Shown here: positions 8,029-17,261 of the stretch, piece by piece
Layout of the letters: each line of letters begins with the position of its first letter
How positions within the stretch are numbered: position 1 is the stretch's first letter
Assembly (NCBI GenBank): GCA_964010765.1
Contig: CAXGMD010000073.1
Span: 1 to 17,662, forward strand
Length of the DNA: 17,662 nucleotides
From: an uncultured bacterium
Lineage (GTDB): Bacteria; SAR324; NAC60-12
Direction: 5' to 3'
The notes under the pieces: model-generated
The model's input: only the letters and a program-made list of their open reading frames with translations
What the model was told of the DNA's origin: nothing
The model's database searches: none
Program-made: the position numbers and the translations under genes

Positions 8029-8661
8029 ATGCATCTCCTTCGACAGTTCCGATTGTCTCTACCACTTGGCCTTTGCTGGCTCCTTGTCAGCTTGGGATGG
8101 ATCGTTCCCCAATTTCTCTGGGCTTATGACCAAAGAGATCTGGGTCGATTACGTAATTTTGGAGCGTGCGTAGAGTGCAATATCAGTGAGGCTGATCTGC
8201 GGATGACCAAACTGAACGGTGCCAATCTCCGTTCTTCCGATATGGCGAAGACAATCTTTTTCAGTGCGAATCTTCAGGTAGCCGATCTCTCTAGTAGTAA
8301 CTTGCGAGGTGCCAACTTAGAGCAAGCAGATTTGCAGGGCGCAAATCTGCAGGGTTCCAATCTAGAGGGTGCAAATCTGCGAGGCGCAAATCTAAAAAGA
8401 GCAAATCTCCAAGGTGCCAATTTAAAAGGAGTGAAGTTGTTTGGTGCCGACATGTCCGAAGCCAATCTAAGTGGAGTTTGGTTCAATACCGCAGACCTAC
8501 AGAACGCTAACTTGTCGAAATCAAATCTATCAGGGACTATCTTCTACAGCACACGATTACGTGGAACCCAGTTCCGTGGAGCATACTTCTGCAATACACA
8601 CTTTGGCACAGAAGTTACCCCGCAGATTGAGTTTCGACACTGCGAACTTGAACCTCGTTGA
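8029..8661 (+). CDS. Secreted pentapeptide-repeat protein
   Basis: N-terminal signal-like segment ending LWA|YD, a CVEC motif, then many A(N/D)Lxx pentapeptides (GANLQ, GSNLE, GANLR and others). Confidence 0.9.
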   Translation: MHLLRQFRLSLPLGLCWLLVSLGWIVPQFLWAYDQRDLGRLRNFGACVECNISEADLRMTKLNGANLRSSDMAKTIFFSANLQVADLSSSNLRGANLEQADLQGANLQGSNLEGANLRGANLKRANLQGANLKGVKLFGADMSEANLSGVWFNTADLQNANLSKSNLSGTIFYSTRLRGTQFRGAYFCNTHFGTEVTPQIEFRHCELEPR

Positions 8662-8709
8662 GGTTCACAACGGAATCATCCCTATCACGATCAAATCATC
8701 CTTCCAATC

Positions 8710-8764
8710 TTCCGAGAAAGTCTCTCTTCAAAAATTAATTCTACAAGATAGAGACTTCTCGGAA
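8710..8764. repeat. Inverted repeat (15-bp arms, one bulge) between the pentapeptide gene and coxM
   Basis: TTCCGAGAAAGTCTCT (8710-8725) vs AGAGACTTCTCGGAA (8750-8764), with an AT-rich 24-nt spacer. Confidence 0.55.
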
Positions 8765-8933
8765 AAAATTATTTTTCCAAACCTTGCTTTCCTCCTCTTT
8801 TGCTGTTGTTCTATTTTGGTGTGACAAATTAGCGGCAGTTGAAATCTGCGACTGTTGATCGTCTTGCCTGAATGCAGGTACCAAATAATCTTGGTCTTGT
8901 GTCAGACGTCTAAGAGCCTGAGGGAGAGCCAAC

Positions 8934-9809
8934 ATGATACCCCCTACTTTCGATTACTTGGTTCCGGCCACTCTGCCGGAGGCCATTGCCTTGTTACATG
9001 AACATGGAGATGAAGCCAAGGTGCTGGCTGGTGGTCATAGCCTGATCCCCGCGATGCGCTTACGCTTCGCAGAGCCGAGCCACTTGATTGATATTAGCCA
9101 CATTCCTGGCTTGGACTACGTCCGTGAGGAAGGTGGTTTTCTGAAAATCGGTACAATGGCTCGTGAAGTGGTTCTAGAAGATCTACCCTGGATTAGTGAA
9201 CGGTATCCGTTACTAGTGGACACCACGAAGATGATTGCAGATCCCCAGGTTCGAAATCTAGCAACTGTGGGGGGTAATCTAGCTCACGGTGATCCCGCCA
9301 ACGATCACCCTGCGACCATGCTGGCCTACCGAGCTGAGATTGAGATCACTGGGGCTTCTGGAACTCGGATAGTGCCGATAGATGAGTTTTTCACGGATTT
9401 CTTCACAACAGCATTGGAGCACGGAGAGATTCTCACTGAGATTAGAATACCAATTCCCCCTTCCCGGAGTGGGGGTTGTTACTTGAAAGTAGAGCGCAAG
9501 GTAGGTGACTACGCTGCTGCTGCAGTAGCGGTTCAACTCTCGCTAGCGGCTGATGGTAGTATTGAACAGGCTGGTATCGGATTGACTAACGTTGCAGCGC
9601 TCCCCACTCGAGCAGTGGATGCGGAGAACGCTCTGCGGGGCCAACAACCATCTGATGCGCTATTTGCGCAGGCAGGACAGCTTGCTGCAGATGCATCAAG
9701 CCCAGCAGATGATTTGAGAGGTTCTGCTGAATACAAGCTTACTCTGATTCGTGAACTGATACAACGCGCACTCCGCCGCTCAGTGGAACGCGCCCAAGGG
9801 AGGAGTTGA
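8934..9809 (+). CDS. coxM: Aerobic CO dehydrogenase medium (FAD) subunit
   Basis: FAD-binding motifs KVLAGGHSLIP, QVRNLATVGGNLAHGDPANDHP and KVERKVGDYA. First gene in M-S-L order. RBS GGGAG upstream. Confidence 0.95.
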   Translation: MIPPTFDYLVPATLPEAIALLHEHGDEAKVLAGGHSLIPAMRLRFAEPSHLIDISHIPGLDYVREEGGFLKIGTMAREVVLEDLPWISERYPLLVDTTKMIADPQVRNLATVGGNLAHGDPANDHPATMLAYRAEIEITGASGTRIVPIDEFFTDFFTTALEHGEILTEIRIPIPPSRSGGCYLKVERKVGDYAAAAVAVQLSLAADGSIEQAGIGLTNVAALPTRAVDAENALRGQQPSDALFAQAGQLAADASSPADDLRGSAEYKLTLIRELIQRALRRSVERAQGRS

Positions 9810-9812
9810 CCC

Positions 9813-10304
9813 ATGTCGAAGCACAGCATCACGATTGAAATCAACGGTGAATCATTCACCCAAGAGGTAGATTCCCGAAAATTGTTGATCCATTTTCTCC
9901 GCGATGACCTAGCTCTGACCGGTACACACATCGGTTGTGATACGTCTAGCTGTGGCGCCTGTACGATCCTTTTGAACGGGAAGTCGATCAAGGCCTGTAC
10001 TTTCTTCGCGGTTCAGGCCAACAATCAAAAGATAGAGACGATTGAGGGAGTCGAGCAAGGAGGGCAGCTTCATCCACTTCAGGAAGGTTTTCATCAGGAG
10101 CATGGGCTGCAGTGTGGTTTCTGTACTCCGGGGATGATAATGCGAGGAAAAGAATTGTTAGAAAAAAATCCGAACCCAACAGAAGAGGAAATTCGCTGGG
10201 GAATTTCAGGAAATTTGTGTCGTTGCACAGGCTACTCGAACATCATCAAGTCGATCCAGTATGCCGCCAATAAACTGAACGAGAAGCAGGAGGAGGCCGC
10301 ATGA
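9813..10304 (+). CDS. coxS: Aerobic CO dehydrogenase small ([2Fe-2S]) subunit
   Basis: Two [2Fe-2S] motifs: [10 protein letters not shown]...C and QCGFCTPG...[16 protein letters not shown]. Confidence 0.96.
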   Translation: MSKHSITIEINGESFTQEVDSRKLLIHFLRDDLALTGTHIGCDTSSCGACTILLNGKSIKACTFFAVQANNQKIETIEGVEQGGQLHPLQEGFHQEHGLQCGFCTPGMIMRGKELLEKNPNPTEEEIRWGISGNLCRCTGYSNIIKSIQYAANKLNEKQEEAA

Positions 10305-12676
10305 TAATGTGCAAGACATCCAAAGAAATTGGAGGTATGGGGCATAGCCTCAAACGAAAGGAAGATGCGCGCTTTATCCGAGGATTAGGCAAATACACAG
10401 ATGATGTACAGTTGCCGGGAATGCTCTACATGGACATTGCTCGCAGTCCCTTTGCCTATGCCAAGATCAAGAGCATAGATAAAAGTGCAGCGATGGAGAT
10501 TCCCGGAGTGTTAGCTGTCATCACTGGGGAAGATCTTAAGCAGTACAATTTGCACTGGATGCCGACTCTGATGTCAGACACTCAGATGGTCCTACCCACT
10601 GATACGGTGATGTATCAGGCCCAGGAAGTTGCTGCTGTGATTGCTACAGACCGCTATATTGCTGCCGATGCGGTACAGGCTCTGGAAAATTCGATTGAAT
10701 ATGAGCAGATGAAGCCGCTCATTGATCCTCACAAGGCCTTGGATGCAGATGCTCCGTTGCTGCGACCAGACAAGGAAGGTAGAACAGATAACCATATCTG
10801 GCATTGGCAGACAGGTGATCAGGAAGCCACTGAACAAGCCTTCGATGAGGCAGACGTGGTGGTCAAAGAACAAGTCTATATCCCTCGAATTCACGTTGCT
10901 TCAATCGAAACCTGTGGTTGTGTAGCCAGTTACGAAAAAGCTGAAGGTAAGCTGACAGTCTGGATGACAACACAGGCTCCCCATGCGATTCGCACCGTTA
11001 TCGCTCTTGTTGCAGGTCACGTTGGCCTCTCAGAAGAGCGTATTCGCGTAATTTCTCCAGATATTGGAGGTGGTTTTGGAGGTAAGGTGCCGGTTTATCC
11101 GGGCTACGTCATCGCGATTGCCGCAAGCTTTCTGATTGGTAAGCCAGTCAAGTGGATTGAAGACCGCTCCGAGAACCTTCAGGCAGATTCTTTTGCTCGT
11201 GATTACCATATGACTGTTGAACTGGCCTCCACCAAGGAGGGTAAGATGACCGGTCTGCGAATCAAGACCTTGGCCGACCATGGTTACACAGACGCGGCAG
11301 CGAATCCTTCCAAGTTTCCTTCAGGGCTCTTCTCGATCGTAACGGGTTCTTACGATATTCCAACGGCCTTCACTGAGATGGACGCGGTTTACACAAACAA
11401 GCCACCGGGAGGGGTCGCCTATCGTTGTTCTTTCCGAGTGACGGAAGCTGTGCACGCAATTGAGCGAATTACGGATGTGCTCGCCCAGAAGTTGGGACGG
11501 GATCCGGCAGATCTTCGGTTTCAAAACTTCATTCAGAAAGATCAGTTCCCCTACCGCTCCGCATTGGGTTGGGAGTACGACTCTGGTGATTATGCCCCAG
11601 CGTTGCGTAAAGCAATGGATATGGTGGGCTACGAGGAATTGCGCAAGGAGCAGGCAGAGAAACGTGCCCGAGGTGAGTTGATGGGTATTGGTATATCCAG
11701 CTTCACTGAAATTGTTGGGGCAGGTCCTTCCAAAGATTTCGATATCCTCGGCATCAAGATGTTTGATAGCGCTGAGGTCAGAATCCATCCAACGGGGAAG
11801 GCAATCGCTCGCTTTGGAACTAAATCCCAGGGGCAAGGCCACGAAACAACGTATGCCCAGATCCTCGCGGAAGAGTTGGGCATTCCAGCCATGCACATTC
11901 AGATTGAGGAAGGTGACACCGACACTGCTCCTTATGGATTGGGAACCTACGCCTCACGCAGTACACCTACCGCTGGTGCTGCTGCTGCCAAGGCTGCTCA
12001 CAAGATCCGGGACAAGGCACGTAAAATTGCTGCATATCTTCTGGAAGTCAGTGAAGAAGATCTGGAATGGGAACCCGGCAAGTTCTTTGTCAAGGGAGCC
12101 CCAGAGCGCTCCAAGACGATTCAGGACATTGCGTTTGCGGCTTATACCAACCATCCACAGGGAATGGAAGCTGGGCTGGAAGCGACGCACTACTATGATC
12201 CACCCAATCTGACCTTCCCCTTTGGGTCCTACATCTGTGTGATGGACATTGATCCCAAAACTGCAGAGATGAAGATTCGCCGGTTCGTGGCGATTGATGA
12301 CTGTGGAAATATCATCAATCCAATGATTGTAACAGGTCAAATACATGGCGGCCTGGCAATGGGAATTGCCCCAGCAATGTACGAGGAGTTGATCTATGAT
12401 GATGATGGTAACATTCTCAACGGTACCTTCATGGACTACCTACTACCAACGTCGGTAGAAACTCCGAATTGGGAAACCGGGCATACGATCACACCTTCCC
12501 CACACCACCCACTGGGTGCCAAGGGAGTTGCAGAATCCCCAACCGTGGGAGCACCTCCTGCAGTGGCCAACGCGGTAGTAGATGCGCTCTCTCACTTGGG
12601 TGTGACCCATGTTGATATCCCTGTCACTCCCTTCAAGGTCTGGAAGATTTTGAAGGAAAAGGGCGTCATTTCCTAA
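10301..12676 (+). CDS. coxL: Aerobic CO dehydrogenase large (Mo-Cu) subunit, form I
   Basis: Form I active-site loop VAYRCSFR (AYRCSFR at 11417-11437), plus [23 protein letters not shown] and AKGVAESP (catalytic Glu). ATGA overlap with the coxS stop. Confidence 0.97.
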   Translation: MIMCKTSKEIGGMGHSLKRKEDARFIRGLGKYTDDVQLPGMLYMDIARSPFAYAKIKSIDKSAAMEIPGVLAVITGEDLKQYNLHWMPTLMSDTQMVLPTDTVMYQAQEVAAVIATDRYIAADAVQALENSIEYEQMKPLIDPHKALDADAPLLRPDKEGRTDNHIWHWQTGDQEATEQAFDEADVVVKEQVYIPRIHVASIETCGCVASYEKAEGKLTVWMTTQAPHAIRTVIALVAGHVGLSEERIRVISPDIGGGFGGKVPVYPGYVIAIAASFLIGKPVKWIEDRSENLQADSFARDYHMTVELASTKEGKMTGLRIKTLADHGYTDAAANPSKFPSGLFSIVTGSYDIPTAFTEMDAVYTNKPPGGVAYRCSFRVTEAVHAIERITDVLAQKLGRDPADLRFQNFIQKDQFPYRSALGWEYDSGDYAPALRKAMDMVGYEELRKEQAEKRARGELMGIGISSFTEIVGAGPSKDFDILGIKMFDSAEVRIHPTGKAIARFGTKSQGQGHETTYAQILAEELGIPAMHIQIEEGDTDTAPYGLGTYASRSTPTAGAAAAKAAHKIRDKARKIAAYLLEVSEEDLEWEPGKFFVKGAPERSKTIQDIAFAAYTNHPQGMEAGLEATHYYDPPNLTFPFGSYICVMDIDPKTAEMKIRRFVAIDDCGNIINPMIVTGQIHGGLAMGIAPAMYEELIYDDDGNILNGTFMDYLLPTSVETPNWETGHTITPSPHHPLGAKGVAESPTVGAPPAVANAVVDALSHLGVTHVDIPVTPFKVWKILKEKGVIS

Positions 12677-12685
12677 TTAGCTGAC

Positions 12686-12709
12686 TGAAGGAGCCTCTGG
12701 GGCTCCTCA
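12686..12709 (+). other. Stem-loop after coxL (stabiliser or partial terminator separating structural from accessory genes)
   Basis: AGGAGCC (12689-12695) pairs with GGCTCCT (12701-12707), extendable by TG/CA. A pyrimidine-rich tract follows. Confidence 0.55.
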
Positions 12710-12739
12710 CTCTCCTTTCTCTCCAAATCCGATTTTTTC

Positions 12740-13639
12740 ATGACTAATTTGCCTCTGCCTGCAGATCCTCAGGCAGTGGTCACAGAGCTTCAAGCTACCG
12801 GATATGTAGCTGATGAGGCGCTGGCGACCTCAGCTTTTCTACTTTTACATCTAGGCCGACCCTTGCTGTTGGAAGGCCCCTCTGGAGTTGGTAAGACGGA
12901 ACTGGCCCAAGCACTGGCCACCTTGTGCCAGACGGAATTGATCCGTTTGCAGTGCTATGAAGGGCTCGACGTGCACAGCGCTGTTTATGAGTGGAATTAC
13001 CAGAAGCAGCTCTTGGCTATCCGACTGGAAGAAGCGAGTGGTGCCAATCGTCTGGACAGTAAACAAGCACAAATTTTCAGTGAAGAATTCCTGTTGGAGC
13101 GACCACTGTTATCCGCCTTGCGTCACTCAGCGAAGTCTCCCGTGTTGCTGATCGATGAGGTAGACCGTGCCGATGAGGAATTTGAAGCTTTCCTGCTGGA
13201 GTTGCTCTCTGTCTTTCAAATCACGATTCCAGAGTTGGGGACTGTACAGGCGACTCACCGTCCTCATGTGGTGCTGACTTCGAATAGGACCCGTGAGTTG
13301 AGTGATGCACTCAAGAGGCGCTGTCTGTACCACTGGATTGGTTATCCGGATGCAGAGCAAGAGCAGGAGATTGTGCGTCAGCGATTACCTCAGGTAGAAG
13401 CCGAGTTGGCACGTCAAACAGTGCAATGTATTCAGTCTTTGCGAGAACTCCCACTGAGCAAATCACCAGGCGTCGCTGAGACCCTGGATTGGGCTCAGGC
13501 ACTCCTGCTGCTCAATCGCCCACATCTGGATGAACTGACTTTTGAACGTACCATGGGATGTGTGCTGAAGTCGACAGAAGATCAGGAACTGGTACGCAAG
13601 CGAGGTCTGGACAATCTGTTGACTGCAGCCGTGGGATGA
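12740..13639 (+). CDS. coxD: MoxR-type AAA+ ATPase, CODH maturation chaperone
   Basis: PLLLEGPSGVGKT, IRLQCYEGLD...YEWNY, LLIDEVDRADEEFEAFLLE and ALKRRC. Directly follows coxL. Confidence 0.93.
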   Translation: MTNLPLPADPQAVVTELQATGYVADEALATSAFLLLHLGRPLLLEGPSGVGKTELAQALATLCQTELIRLQCYEGLDVHSAVYEWNYQKQLLAIRLEEASGANRLDSKQAQIFSEEFLLERPLLSALRHSAKSPVLLIDEVDRADEEFEAFLLELLSVFQITIPELGTVQATHRPHVVLTSNRTRELSDALKRRCLYHWIGYPDAEQEQEIVRQRLPQVEAELARQTVQCIQSLRELPLSKSPGVAETLDWAQALLLLNRPHLDELTFERTMGCVLKSTEDQELVRKRGLDNLLTAAVG

Positions 13640-14799
13640 AGTCGACGAACATGTTCGTTACGGAACACATGAATGCACAGACAGACCTGACCGCAGCTGT
13701 CATTGGGTTCTGTCGCTTTCTGCGTCGTCAAAGTTTTCGGGTTGGTGTAGCAGAAACCTTGGCAGCCTTGGAAGCTTGTCGAGTGGGCCCTCTGGATCAG
13801 CGCTCCTATCTCCGTGCCGCACTGCGTGCGCTCCTGTGTTCTTCGAGGCAGGAGAATGAACAATTTGATCCTTTGTTCGATCAATACTGGCATCCAGGGC
13901 TTCCACCACCTCGGAAAACTGCTAATGACCGACCACCTGTCAATCCACTGGGTGTGGTTACGCGTCAAAAGCGATCACTGTTGACTTTTGCCAGCTCAGC
14001 ACAAGAAGCCAGTGATCAAACCCGTGAAGACGAAGAAGTGGCCGGTGCCAGTCTGCAGGAAACATTGAGGCGTACTGACTTCTCTACGATTCCAATGTCT
14101 CAGCTTGAAGAGCTAGAGCAGTTGACGCGACGGTTGGCTGAGCAACTCAGTGCACGACTTTCTCGCCGACAGCGTCCTTCTCCAAATTCTGGTCGCATCA
14201 GTCTTCGAGGAACGATTCGACGCAATCTGCAGCATGGTGGAGAGCCACTTCATCTCTGTTTTCGCCAACGACGTGAGCGTAAGCCAGGATTGGTCGCCTT
14301 TCTGGATATCAGTGGTTCCATGGATCAATACAGCCTGTTTTTCCTGCGTTTTCTGCATGCACTGCAGCAGCATTTTCGCAGGATGGATGGCTTCCTTTTC
14401 AGCACACGATTGACGCCAATTTCTGAAAAGCTGAAGACGCGTGCATTTCCGGACTCGCTACGTCGACTTGCTGAACGGGAGGAAGCCTGGTCGAGTGGAA
14501 CAAGAATTGGCAGTTGCCTGAAAGATTTTCACACGGAGTATTCCCGCTCAATGCTCTCACGAAATACCATCGTACTGATCCTCAGCGATGGTTATGACAC
14601 CGGAGCCCCGGATTTGTTAGCTCGGCAGCTCCAACGCTTTCGAGGCAAGGTGCGTAAGGTGATCTGGCTCAACCCACTGCTTGGAACGCAGGGCTATGAG
14701 CCTGCAACAGCTGGTATGCAGGCTGCGCTACCTTGGGTAGATGCTTTTCTGGCAGCACATAATCTGCAAAGTTTACTGGATCTTGAATCTCATTTCTAG
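13636..14799 (+). CDS. coxE: VWA-domain CODH accessory protein
   Basis: MIDAS DISGSM, FLFSTRLT, WSSGTRIG, ILSDGYDTG and IWLNPLLG. Start placed at ATG 13636 (ATGA overlap with the coxD stop); 13651 and 13669 are alternatives. Confidence 0.92.
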   Translation: MKSTNMFVTEHMNAQTDLTAAVIGFCRFLRRQSFRVGVAETLAALEACRVGPLDQRSYLRAALRALLCSSRQENEQFDPLFDQYWHPGLPPPRKTANDRPPVNPLGVVTRQKRSLLTFASSAQEASDQTREDEEVAGASLQETLRRTDFSTIPMSQLEELEQLTRRLAEQLSARLSRRQRPSPNSGRISLRGTIRRNLQHGGEPLHLCFRQRRERKPGLVAFLDISGSMDQYSLFFLRFLHALQQHFRRMDGFLFSTRLTPISEKLKTRAFPDSLRRLAEREEAWSSGTRIGSCLKDFHTEYSRSMLSRNTIVLILSDGYDTGAPDLLARQLQRFRGKVRKVIWLNPLLGTQGYEPATAGMQAALPWVDAFLAAHNLQSLLDLESHF

Positions 14800-14942
14800 G
14801 CCACGGACTTTATCGCTTTAAGTGTCACTACAATGGGAAGATTAATTTTTTTAAAAAACTCAAAGGAATCTGTAAATTTTTTATGTTATTTTAATTAGTT
14901 TATCTAACCAAACTACATTCAAACGCTCCGTCTCTCGTTAAT

Positions 14943-14956
14943 TTGATCCAAATCAA
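14943..14956. promoter_or_regulatory. FNR/Crp-family binding box
   Basis: TTGAT-CCAA-ATCAA is a perfect match to the FNR consensus TTGAT-N4-ATCAA. It lies in the 219-bp AT-rich gap and ends 62 nt before the coxG ATG. Confidence 0.65.
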
Positions 14957-15018
14957 TGATGAAAGAAAACGATTCGGAGATTAATTAGAAACGCCATTTA
15001 TTCTGAGAGGAGAGACAA

Positions 15019-15750
15019 ATGGAAGTCACGGCAGATAAAAATTTTACGGTCAACGCGCCGGTCGAAAAAGTATGGGAACTACTGAGCGATCCCAGCCGTG
15101 TGGTGGTTTGTGTGCAAGGGGCACAGTTAACGGAAATGGTTGATGATAAAAACTTCAAGGGGAAGATCAGTGTCAAGATTGGACCTGTCACCAGTAAGTT
15201 CAATGGGGAGGGACGGTTCGAAAAGCTAGATGCTAAGAACAAGGAAATGGTGCTCCAAGGCGCTGGTAAGGACACGGGTGGTAAAGGTAGCGCTTCTATG
15301 ACCATGACGGTCAATCTCAAGGAAGTAGACAGCGCAACCGAAGTGACCAGCAGTATCAAACTGTCGATTACAGGAAAGTTGGCTCAGTTTGGTTCCCGAA
15401 TGATTGTAGCGGTCAATGATAAGCTGATTGAACAGTTTGTCGCCAAATTCCGGGAAGTTGCGGAAGGTGATGGCGAAACTGCAGCAGCCCCGGCAACTGC
15501 TGCACCGGTCACAGCAGCACCAGTAGCGACGCCTGCAGCAACCAGTCAACCAGCAGAAGACGCGGCAGTCCCTACCAGTTCTGCTGATCCTGCTTTGGAA
15601 GGTCGGGTTGCCGAACTGGAAGCCACCGTGAAACGACTGGAAACCCAGATTAGAGTCATGCAGACCCAGCTGAATGCAGAAGAACCAGAACCAGTCAACG
15701 GACTACAATTGGTTGGTTCTGCTCTCAAGGGAATGTTTGGTAAGAAGTAA
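15019..15750 (+). CDS. coxG: CoxG (SRPBCC/START-fold) with Ala/Pro linker, coiled coil and C-terminal amphipathic helix
   Basis: Motifs APVEKVWELLSDP, CVQGAQL, VKIGPV and ITGKLAQFGSRMI. RBS GAGGAG. Confidence 0.9.
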   Translation: MEVTADKNFTVNAPVEKVWELLSDPSRVVVCVQGAQLTEMVDDKNFKGKISVKIGPVTSKFNGEGRFEKLDAKNKEMVLQGAGKDTGGKGSASMTMTVNLKEVDSATEVTSSIKLSITGKLAQFGSRMIVAVNDKLIEQFVAKFREVAEGDGETAAAPATAAPVTAAPVATPAATSQPAEDAAVPTSSADPALEGRVAELEATVKRLETQIRVMQTQLNAEEPEPVNGLQLVGSALKGMFGKK

Positions 15751-15753
15751 CCT

Positions 15754-16359
15754 ATGCTCAGTGTGATTTTACTGGCAGCTGGAGAATCCCGGCGGATGGG
15801 GGAGCGCAACAAACTGCTGCTACCTTTTCGCGAGTCTTGCTTCTTGGGCCACATTGCTGATCAAATTCTTGCAGCGAAACCTGATGAATTACTGGTTGTT
15901 GTGGGACACGAACAGGAACGCACTCAAAAAGCCCTAGCTAACCGTCCGATTCAATTTGTGGAGAACCCGAATTATGCCGAAGGCATGACAACTTCGATTC
16001 GGACAGGGATTCAAGCTGCCTCACCCGAGGCTCTTGGCTTCATGATCTGTCTCTCGGACTTGCCATTCATCGAAACAGCTGAGTATCAGGAATTGATGGG
16101 CCAATTCAAGTTGCTGCTTGCTGAAAATCCTCAACTGATTCTCCGTCCAGTCGTTGGCGATCAACCGGGTAATCCAGTGCTTTTTTCGGCCTCTTATCGT
16201 GAAGAGTTGTTGAGTCATGCCAAGATGGAAGGATGTCGGGGATTGATTCGTCAATACAAGGAGCGCGTCCATCGGCACCCAATGAATACGGATCACGTCT
16301 TGCGGGATATTGATACACCAGAGGAATATGAGCGCTACTTTATCAACCAACCAGCCTGA
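15754..16359 (+). CDS. mocA: MocA-like molybdenum cofactor cytidylyltransferase (NTP_transf_3)
   Basis: ILLAAGESRRMG, NKLLLP, NPNYAEGMTTSI, CLSDLPF, GNPVLF and DIDTPEEY. The cox context fits, because CODH uses MCD. Confidence 0.82.
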   Translation: MLSVILLAAGESRRMGERNKLLLPFRESCFLGHIADQILAAKPDELLVVVGHEQERTQKALANRPIQFVENPNYAEGMTTSIRTGIQAASPEALGFMICLSDLPFIETAEYQELMGQFKLLLAENPQLILRPVVGDQPGNPVLFSASYREELLSHAKMEGCRGLIRQYKERVHRHPMNTDHVLRDIDTPEEYERYFINQPA

Positions 16360-16459
16360 AAATAAATCTTTGAAGAAAGGTTCCTGTCCCGGAAAACTAC
16401 CGGCGACGGGTGTGCCCAGCCTGTTTGGCAACCTGTCTTCTGTTTCCAACCGAGGAACT

Positions 16460-17260
16460 ATGTCCACTGAGTACTATGATAAAGTCAGCGAACTGCTGCA
16501 AAATGAAGCCGCCTTTGCCACGGCTACCGTAATCAAAACAGTCGGTTCGGCTTCAGCCAAGCCAGGCTCAAAGTCAATCATCGGCGCCGATGGTATGTCG
16601 ATTTTGGGTTGGGTGGGTGGCGGTTGTGCAGACAGTGCTGTCCGAGAGACTGCCCTGGAATGTCTTCAGGATGGTCAGACAAGAATTATTGAAATCGACC
16701 TAGATGATGAAGTGCTTGGTGTTGGAATGCCGTGTGGTGGCAAGATGGAAGTTTATGTGGAGCCTTTCCTGCCCCAACCAGAGTTAATGCTGGTGGGACA
16801 AGGCCGGATTGCAGAGTTGGTAGCAGAGCTTGGACGGTTGCTGCACTTCCGAGTCACCGTTAACAGCCCAGGAGCAACTCGCGAGGACTTCCCATTTGCT
16901 GATCAGCTGATCACCGATGATACCGATTACCAGAAAATTAATCCTGGACTGAACAGCTACGTGATCGTGTTGACCCAGCACAAGGGTGACCAGCAGGTAA
17001 TTCAGGCGGCTCTAAGCGGTACACCCCGCTACATCGGTCTGGTTGCGAGTGCCAAGCGCTCGCGCCTTGTCGTTGAATATCTCAAGGAAGGTGGAATGGA
17101 CGCGGATGCCTTGCGCCAGGTACTGAGAGCTCCTTGCGGATTAGATCTTGGTGGTAGAACACCTGAAGAAATTGCCCTGAGCATCATCACCGAAGTGGTT
17201 AAGCTGCGTCATGAGCGTACAGGCCTATCGATGATGGAAGTCAAGCAGTGCAGCATCTGA
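16460..17260 (+). CDS. XdhC/CoxF/CoxI-family Moco sulfuration/insertion chaperone
   Basis: ATVIKTVGS, GWVGGGC, GMPCGGKMEVYVEP, YIGLVASAKR and APCGLDLGGRTPEEIALSI. Start set at ATG 16460 with RBS GAGG (16452-16455), not the ORF-track start 16310. Confidence 0.92.
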   Translation: MSTEYYDKVSELLQNEAAFATATVIKTVGSASAKPGSKSIIGADGMSILGWVGGGCADSAVRETALECLQDGQTRIIEIDLDDEVLGVGMPCGGKMEVYVEPFLPQPELMLVGQGRIAELVAELGRLLHFRVTVNSPGATREDFPFADQLITDDTDYQKINPGLNSYVIVLTQHKGDQQVIQAALSGTPRYIGLVASAKRSRLVVEYLKEGGMDADALRQVLRAPCGLDLGGRTPEEIALSIITEVVKLRHERTGLSMMEVKQCSI

Positions 17261-17261
17261 G

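Noticed and set aside
8200..8540. 15-nt periodic repeats (GCAAATCT/GCCAATCT) suggesting a repeat array
   Set aside because: Fully explained by pentapeptide-repeat coding. There are no unique spacers, so it is not a CRISPR array.
11321..12346. Long alternative-frame and antisense ORFs within coxL (130-191 aa), and similar ones across the window
   Set aside because: They are shadows of well-supported genes, with no recognisable motifs or RBS.
6709..12676. Direct metabolic coupling of the amidase to CODH (e.g. formamide to CO)
   Set aside because: FmdA_AmdA enzymes release carboxylate plus ammonia, not CO. The modules are separated by hairpins and an unrelated gene, so adjacency alone is not evidence.
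13558..13635. ORF-track N-terminal extension of CoxE
   Set aside because: It lies inside coxD. The ATGA overlap at 13636 is the more plausible start.
13645..13658. Perfect 14-bp palindrome ACGAACATGTTCGT, reminiscent of a Gram-positive SOS box
   Set aside because: The spacer is 2 nt rather than 4, and it sits at the coxD/coxE junction, probably within coding sequence, with no promoter context.
16310..16459. 50-aa N-terminal extension of XdhC in the ORF track
   Set aside because: It overlaps mocA and lacks family-like sequence. A good RBS precedes ATG 16460.
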